A DNA stretch of 64,000 nt, taken from Phormidesmis sp. GTDB lineage: Bacteria > Cyanobacteriota > Cyanobacteriia > Leptolyngbyales > Leptolyngbyaceae. Positions 58,901-64,000 of this stretch are shown piece after piece. The position numbers were made by a program, and so were the translations under genes. The notes under the pieces were generated by a model that was not told the origin of the DNA, made no database searches, and was given only the letters and a program-made list of their open reading frames with translations. Where the stretch lies: positions 1,728,001 to 1,792,000 of the forward strand of contig CBDFJR010000002.1 of assembly GCA_965248535.1 (NCBI GenBank). Direction: 5' to 3'. Position 1 is the stretch's first letter; the number at the start of each line of letters is the position of its first letter.

Positions 58901-60971
58901 CATTGGCTTGGGCATCGACTCGCCAAAATTCGCTCAAATCCCACCCTAAACGGTCACAAATTGTTTGAAGAACTCTAGAGATTGCCTGACACAGGGTGGA
59001 AGACTCGGCCAAAACACGAGCGATCGCATACTGAATGCTGCGGCGCTGGTCGGCCAATTTTAGGTCGGTGATATCTCGTGCGACCAACACAACTGACTGT
59101 GAAGACAGGGGAGAAATGCTAGCTGTAAAGTAAACGTCTCGCTCCTCGATCGTTAGACTATATTCACAGTTGAGGGTTTGTTGAGTGCTCAACGCGGTTT
59201 GAATCACCCCTAAGATCAGGTCAGCTTGGGAGGTGGGCAACGCTTCATGCAGGGTTTTACCAAGCATTTTGTCAGAAGGCTTGTAGAGATTGATGGGGTT
59301 AGTCGGAGCAATCTTGATGCACTGCCCCTCTGAGTCTCTGACCAATACCACATCGGTCATGGCAGCAAAAAGCGCTCCTAGCTCTGCTGCTGAGGCTTGT
59401 AGGGCGGTCTCGGCGTGCCGCCGATCGGTGATATCAATGCCCGTGCCAATCACATATTCGACTTGGCCTTGTGAGTCGGTTAGCGCGGTGTTAGACCAGG
59501 CAATGAGACGACGATCGCCCGATCGGGTGAGACAGTAGTTTTCATAATGACTAGGAAACTGTCCGATTTGTAGATCGGCAAAGAGGGCTTTGACTGGCTC
59601 AATTTGTTCATCGATTAAGAACAAATTCCAAAATAATTTGTTCCTGACTTCTTCAAACGAGTATTCGGTGACTTGCTCCGAGGTGCGATTAAACCGAACA
59701 ATCTTTCCTTGAGCGTCGAGAACAATCACGAGCGCATTGACCGTATCCAAAGTCGCCGCAATAAAGTCGCGCTCTTGCTCTAAGACAGTCTGGGTGCGCC
59801 GATGATTAAGAATTTCACGATGAATAAACGAATAAATCCAGACTAGAACCAGAAAGCTGAGTCCAATCCCCACTGAAGAAGTCAAGGTAGCTTTGCGAGC
59901 ACTGGCGATCGTGTCGGTTGATCGCTGTCTCAACAGGACATTTTCTTGGGTTTGCAGTTCATTGATCGCGTCGCGAATGCTGTCCATGACTTTGTTGCCA
60001 TAACCCGTTTCGACGATCGAGGTGGCGGCTTTCAATCCCTGCGTTCGGCGTATCTCGACGGTCTTTTTGAGTTCATCAAGCTTGTTGTTAATCAGTGATT
60101 CAAGAGCGTCTAGCTGTTGCTGCTGATGAGGGTTAGTTAGGGTCTGCGCTCGCAGATCTTGCAGTTCCTGCGCGATCCCTCTAAGCCCGGTGTAGTAAGA
60201 GTTTAAGTAGTGTTCTTTGCCTGTGATTAAATAGCCTCTCTGTCCGCTTTCGGCATCTTTGAGATCAGAGAGAATTTCGGTCAGGTCTAGAAGTATAGTG
60301 CGGGACTGGGCTTCTAAATTTTTGTCTTGAACAAATTCAGCATAACTTTGGTAAGAGACCATGCCCACGATCGCCAAAATCGTAGACGCTAGCCCAAACC
60401 CGATCGCAACTTTTGTAAAAAAATGCCGATTTGTCTTGATTTTCTGTTTACGGATTGTCTGAATTAGCTGTAGCTCTGCGAGATTTTGACGTAGCTCGAT
60501 TTGCCGAACAACCTGATGCGCCAGCGTTTTCAGCGCTTCAATCTGCTCGTGAGTCAGCGATCGTGGAACGTGGTCAAGCACGCAAAGTGTCCCCAAAGCA
60601 AAGCCTTCGGCGGTGATCAGAGGCACCCCGGCATAAAAGCGGATGTGAGGCTCACCTGTCACCAAGGGGTTGTCTGCAAACCGCTCGTCTGCCAGAGCGT
60701 CAGGCACAATAAAGGGTGTTGACTGCAAAATGGCATAGCTGCAAAATGCCAGTCTACGCGGGGTTTCTGTGGCTGCTAGCCCCACTTTTGACTTAAACCA
60801 TTGCCGCTTTGAGTCGAGCAAACTCACGAGGGCGATCGGAGTTTGACAAAGGTAGGCAGCCAGATGAGTGATATCGTCAAACGCCTCCTCAGAAGGGCTA
60901 TCTAAAATCTTGCACTCAAGCAGTGCTTGAAGTCTGGGCGCTTCTTCAGAAGGCGGCTGGGCAGGAATCAT
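55980..60971 (-). CDS. Multi-sensor hybrid kinase GAF-CHASE3-PAS-PAS-GAF-GAF-HisKA-HATPase-REC-REC-Hpt
   Basis: RFYAGVPL (GAF); [12 protein letters not shown] (CHASE3); PAC DITDR; ADRV…[18 protein letters not shown]; two REC domains; AHYIKGSS. Confidence 0.95.
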   Translation of the reverse strand: MIPAQPPSEEAPRLQALLECKILDSPSEEAFDDITHLAAYLCQTPIALVSLLDSKRQWFKSKVGLAATETPRRLAFCSYAILQSTPFIVPDALADERFADNPLVTGEPHIRFYAGVPLITAEGFALGTLCVLDHVPRSLTHEQIEALKTLAHQVVRQIELRQNLAELQLIQTIRKQKIKTNRHFFTKVAIGFGLASTILAIVGMVSYQSYAEFVQDKNLEAQSRTILLDLTEILSDLKDAESGQRGYLITGKEHYLNSYYTGLRGIAQELQDLRAQTLTNPHQQQQLDALESLINNKLDELKKTVEIRRTQGLKAATSIVETGYGNKVMDSIRDAINELQTQENVLLRQRSTDTIASARKATLTSSVGIGLSFLVLVWIYSFIHREILNHRRTQTVLEQERDFIAATLDTVNALVIVLDAQGKIVRFNRTSEQVTEYSFEEVRNKLFWNLFLIDEQIEPVKALFADLQIGQFPSHYENYCLTRSGDRRLIAWSNTALTDSQGQVEYVIGTGIDITDRRHAETALQASAAELGALFAAMTDVVLVRDSEGQCIKIAPTNPINLYKPSDKMLGKTLHEALPTSQADLILGVIQTALSTQQTLNCEYSLTIEERDVYFTASISPLSSQSVVLVARDITDLKLADQRRSIQYAIARVLAESSTLCQAISRVLQTICDRLGWDLSEFWRVDAQANVLRLTEAWSAPLTPLAEFQTVTQSFTFAPGVGLPGRVWEGSKPLWLTDLVQDETFLRSIPARHAGLNQAIGFPISGNHQVFGVIAFFSHKIHQPDRDLLEMMTAIGQQIGQFVEKKQAEESVQRQSDRAQLLSASTLRIRQSLDLQEILTTTVQEVRQFLQADRVVIYQFGPDRKGTIAVESVGTSWTSALDSTIPGTCFECGYQQTDRQGQTWAIDHVKEADLSPDLKEMLAQFQVQATLIVPILEINGLWGLLIAHQCSAPRHWRSFEIDFLSQLANQVSIALEQSRLLTQETQQREQLAQQNLALEHARREAEQATQMKSSFLATMSHEIRTPMNAVIGMTGLLLDSNLDSQQRDFAETIRVSGDGLLTLINEILDFSKLEAGEMQLEVLDFDLKNCIEEIVDLLALPVYRKGIEIGILIDKKVPNYLRGDVSRLRQVLMNLAGNAVKFTNVGEVLIQAFLLSETSTTATISFSVNDTGIGIAPDAQRKLFRPFSQVDASTTRKYGGTGLGLAICKQLIDLMGGTLGVESQIEQGSRFWFVISFKKQIHPIISQPTQLMTASLKGLRLLVVDDNATNRKIIRHQVSAWGMQVDEAEGARAAIIAMQNAVEQKSPYPIAILDMQMPEIDGEMLAQQIKANSTLSETRLVMMTSLCNQRGTDHAAELGFAAYLVKPVKQSRLFDCLMEVINQSDHLSNQSVLEVVPDSSNLTASINPKSQIKLKILLAEDSLVNQKVALNQLRNLGYEADVAANGQEVLDLLTKIHYDLILMDCQMPELDGYEATQEIRRLESQVNSTIVIAMTANAMKEDRARCLDVGMDDYISKPVRKEELAAKLIHWSQVIQAAAVQPSSQKNASQSEHNQLIDWNYLHNLSNGNEAFELELLKTLSETLPNHLKALELAICEHDCRTVELEAHYIKGSSANMGAIAIQAPAAQLESKARIGDLKGASSLFIELIEKFDQIQKLARTKQ

Positions 60972-61456
60972 AGGTTCTGTCTAACAAGAAAGAGGTCGAG
61001 AAAAGGGCTGTCCCTGAATCGTTAAGCTCAGAGTTTTTTTAACCAACCCTGCCTGATTTGCTTGATCAGGACAGAATCGGCCGTGAGAATTGGTTATTCG
61101 TTATCGCGAGTTCTCTCATCTCAGCGATCGCTGCTAGAATGCCCCATTGATGAATTGAACTGAACTGTTTTGATAGAGAAACTTAGCTACTTTTTTCTAT
61201 CTAAAAAGATTGAATAACTTTTGAGAATACGAAGAAAAATTCTCTCGATTTGTTAACCGCTAGAACAAGGCAATTTAACCTCAAGCAATAGGCGCAAGAT
61301 AACATAACTCCAAGCTAGACATCCAGAGAGCTATGGCTTAGTTTGGTCAGCAGGTTTAGAACACCTAAATTTTGGGCCTTTCTCATTTTCCGGTAATCTA
61401 CGATCGGGCGCAGAAGTTACTCACCATCTCTCTTTGATCAAACCTTAGACACCCTC

Positions 61457-62512
61457 ATGGCACACCAGCAGATTCTCAAGTGGCTTCGGCAACGGCCCTG
61501 GTTGTTATTACCCCTGTTGGGGCTAATTCCCCTCGCAGGGTTGGCGTTAAATCAGCCCGCAGACCACCCTGCACCCCCGGTGAAACCAGCCCCTCAACCA
61601 AGGGCATCAGCTTCAGTGCCCTCTGTGGCTAACTCTCCACAGCCCAAGGCTCCAACCCCTAAACCGACGACCAAACCGATCGCGGCGAGTCCAACTCCGG
61701 TGAATCCGGCGATGTTTACCAAAGAGCAAGCGGCGATTAATCAACAAGCAAAGGCAGCATTTGCGGCCTCGACCGCGACCGTTGACTCGTTTATTGAGAT
61801 GCAGGTAGGGATCGCGATCGGGGTCAGCAGTGCCGCGATCGGGTCTTCGGCAGGGGCTGATTTGAGCGATCAGCAAGGGCATTCTCTGCATCAACTGTCA
61901 TCGGGGACGGCTTACACAGCCCAAGCAAGCGGCAGCGGACTAGATCTCGGTGCGTGGCAACTGCCTGCCTTGGTTTGGGTCGAGCCTGCGGCAGGAGGAG
62001 TGCTGTATTTAGGCAACAAGCCCTATCGCGGTAAGTTTTTGCTGGCGGCTCAAAAAGGGCGAGTCTGGGTCGTCAACTATGTCAATTTGCGGCACTATTT
62101 GTTTAGCGTTGTGGGCAGTGAGGTGTCTCCCAGTTGGCACATGAATGCGCTCAAGGCTCAGTCGGTGGCGGCCCGATCGTATGCCTTAACCTATTATTTC
62201 AAACCTGTTAACTCGCTCTATCAGATGGGAGCCGATGAATATTATCAGGTCTATAGCGGCACTGCCAGAGAAGCCGATCGGACTCAGCAAGCCGTAGATG
62301 CAACGGCAGGAGAGTTTGTCAGCTATCGCGGTGGCATTGTCGAGTCACTCTATGCTGCGTCTGATGACATCGTGGCAGAGGCGTTTCAGGGCAAGGGCAT
62401 GAGCCAGTTGGGGGCGCTAAATCTAGCAGAGCATGGCTATTCTTATCACCAAATTTTAGCTAACTATTACCCTAAAACTGGCGTTGCCCGCATTGAGCAA
62501 GATCATGAATGA
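61457..62512 (+). CDS. SpoIID/LytB domain protein
   Basis: YLFSVVGSE, ALKAQSVAARSY, GMSQLGA, ILANYYP. Confidence 0.9.
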   Translation: MAHQQILKWLRQRPWLLLPLLGLIPLAGLALNQPADHPAPPVKPAPQPRASASVPSVANSPQPKAPTPKPTTKPIAASPTPVNPAMFTKEQAAINQQAKAAFAASTATVDSFIEMQVGIAIGVSSAAIGSSAGADLSDQQGHSLHQLSSGTAYTAQASGSGLDLGAWQLPALVWVEPAAGGVLYLGNKPYRGKFLLAAQKGRVWVVNYVNLRHYLFSVVGSEVSPSWHMNALKAQSVAARSYALTYYFKPVNSLYQMGADEYYQVYSGTAREADRTQQAVDATAGEFVSYRGGIVESLYAASDDIVAEAFQGKGMSQLGALNLAEHGYSYHQILANYYPKTGVARIEQDHE

Positions 62513-62703
62513 ATCCGCAAGTTCGACCCGTTGCTTGTGCTAATTCCGTCCATTTTTAGTAACAAAGGCTTAAATTCAGGAGACTCAGAGAATTGAGCTA
62601 CGTTGTTCATCTGACGATCGCACCCTCAACCGTCTGGGAAAAGTTTTACGATCTGCCCTTTGATATCGGTAAGATAGGCTGAGTCTTTGAGAATCAATCA
62701 CCT

Positions 62704-64000
62704 GTGTTAGAGCTACCCGCGTCTCGATCGAGTCTGTCTTCTCGCACTACCATTCCTGACCAGCGGTGGCATATTTTTCCGAGTCAGGCAGAGCGGGCAG
62801 AGCAGCTTGCTCAAACCACGAGCCTGTCTCCTTTGTTAACTCAGGTGTTGCTTAATCGCAACATTGAGACACCAGAACAGGTCAAGGTCTATCTCGATCC
62901 TGACTCTCAAGATTTACCGTCACCCCTAGAAGACTTTCCCGATCTGCCCCTCAGCTTAGAGTTGCTGATCAACGCCATTAACCAGCGCCAGCGCATTGCC
63001 ATCTGTGGAGACTATGACGCAGATGGGATGACCAGCACAGCGCTGCTGCTGAGAGCGTTGCGGTGTCTGGGCGCACAGGTCGATTATGCGATTCCCAGCC
63101 GGATGAGTGAAGGCTATGGCATCAACGAGCGGATTGTTGAAGACTTTCATGAAGAAGGGGTTTCGCTGATTCTCACGGTCGATAACGGCATTATGGCCCA
63201 CCAGCCGATCGCTAGAGCACGAGAGCTAGGGCTAGCCGTGATCATCACCGATCACCACGATTTGCCCCCTGTGTTGCCCGATGCCAACGCGATTCTCAAC
63301 CCCAAGCTGATTGCCGAAACGTCGCCCTATCGCACCATGGCGGGGGTGGGGGTGGCCTATGTTTTGGCGCTATCGCTGGCCCAGAGTTTTGACCAAACGC
63401 GAGAGCTTCGCGACAGTTTATTGGAACTGTTTACGCTGGGCACGATCGCCGATCTAGCTCCGCTGTTGGGTGTCAACCGTCGATGGGTCAAACGGGGACT
63501 GCAATTATTGCCAAAGTCTAGACTTGCAGGCGTTCAGGCGTTGATTCAAGTCGCGGGGTTGAGCGGTGAAAAAAATCTCAAGCCCGAAGCGATCGGCTTT
63601 CGGTTAGGGCCGCGCATCAATGCCGTCGGTCGATTGGCCGATCCTCAAATCGTGATCGAACTGCTGATCACTGACGATGAAGGGGTCGCCTTAGAGCAGG
63701 CAATGAAGTGTGAGCAAATTAATAAACAGCGTCAGCAGCTTTGCGAACAGATTGAGCAATCGGCGATCGCGGCTTATGAACAAGGCTCGCTAGATGCTCA
63801 AGACGATCGGGTGCTGCTGCTCGTGCAACCGGGCTGGCATCATGGCGTAATCGGCATTGTGGCCTCTCGGCTGGTCGAGCGCTATGGGGTGCCTGTGTTT
63901 ATCGCCACCTATGAAGACGAAGCCCAGCAGCACATTCGCGGTTCGGCCCGCAGCATTCCTGAGTTTCACGTTTTTGAGGCCCTAGAGTTTTGTAAAGATC
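62704..64000 (+). CDS. recJ: ssDNA exonuclease RecJ (partial, runs off window end)
   Basis: Not in ORF track. Manual translation gives ICGDYDADG, TVDNG, TDHH, GTIADL, GPRINA, HHGVIGIVASRL, RGSARS. Confidence 0.94.
   Translation, partial: MLELPASRSSLSSRTTIPDQRWHIFPSQAERAEQLAQTTSLSPLLTQVLLNRNIETPEQVKVYLDPDSQDLPSPLEDFPDLPLSLELLINAINQRQRIAICGDYDADGMTSTALLLRALRCLGAQVDYAIPSRMSEGYGINERIVEDFHEEGVSLILTVDNGIMAHQPIARARELGLAVIITDHHDLPPVLPDANAILNPKLIAETSPYRTMAGVGVAYVLALSLAQSFDQTRELRDSLLELFTLGTIADLAPLLGVNRRWVKRGLQLLPKSRLAGVQALIQVAGLSGEKNLKPEAIGFRLGPRINAVGRLADPQIVIELLITDDEGVALEQAMKCEQINKQRQQLCEQIEQSAIAAYEQGSLDAQDDRVLLLVQPGWHHGVIGIVASRLVERYGVPVFIATYEDEAQQHIRGSARSIPEFHVFEALEFCKD

Noticed and set aside
1..64000. 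Very frequent GCGATCGC/CGATCG as a possible repeat array
   Set aside because: This is the ordinary dispersed cyanobacterial HIP1 motif, not a locus-specific feature

Overview
Chromosomal window from a cyanobacterium, inferred from very dense HIP1 GCGATCGC sites, PEP-CTERM and CHAT/filamentous-haemagglutinin genes, and cyanobacterial-type repeats. From left to right: (1) a SigK-like ECF sigma/anti-sigma pair with a divergent secreted-protein gene and a PepSY-TM/cupredoxin/metallophosphoesterase operon; three copies of one candidate promoter motif can be read from the sequence. (2) An accessory island (3.3-18 kb) with a TPR-CHAT protease, two haemagglutinin-like exoproteins plus an orphan third C-terminal tail, a VapBC-type TA pair, a row of unrelated small secreted proteins with homologous leader DNA, and several MITE or small repeats. 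(3) Mostly housekeeping genes (K+ channel, sppA, M23 peptidase, tRNA-Arg(CCG), S10 peptidase, acnB), a gene-less IS200/IS605 miniature element keeping both ends, and a decayed histidine kinase. (4) A ~25 kb locus (35.5-61 kb), the best candidate for a poorly described system: MprF-like transferase + esterase | coiled-coil protein, membrane protein with a longin/roadblock-like domain and BON/OmpA, Rab-like GTPase, hybrid kinase, outer-membrane beta-barrel, esterase-DUF3131 fusion, tandem DUF3131, PilZ-less cellulose-synthase-like GT2, then a STAS/PP2C/RsbW partner switch and a large multi-sensor kinase. (5) A SpoIID-like gene and the 5' part of recJ. No CRISPR array, rRNA, integrase or intact transposase was seen. 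All family calls come from motif recognition by eye, not database searches.
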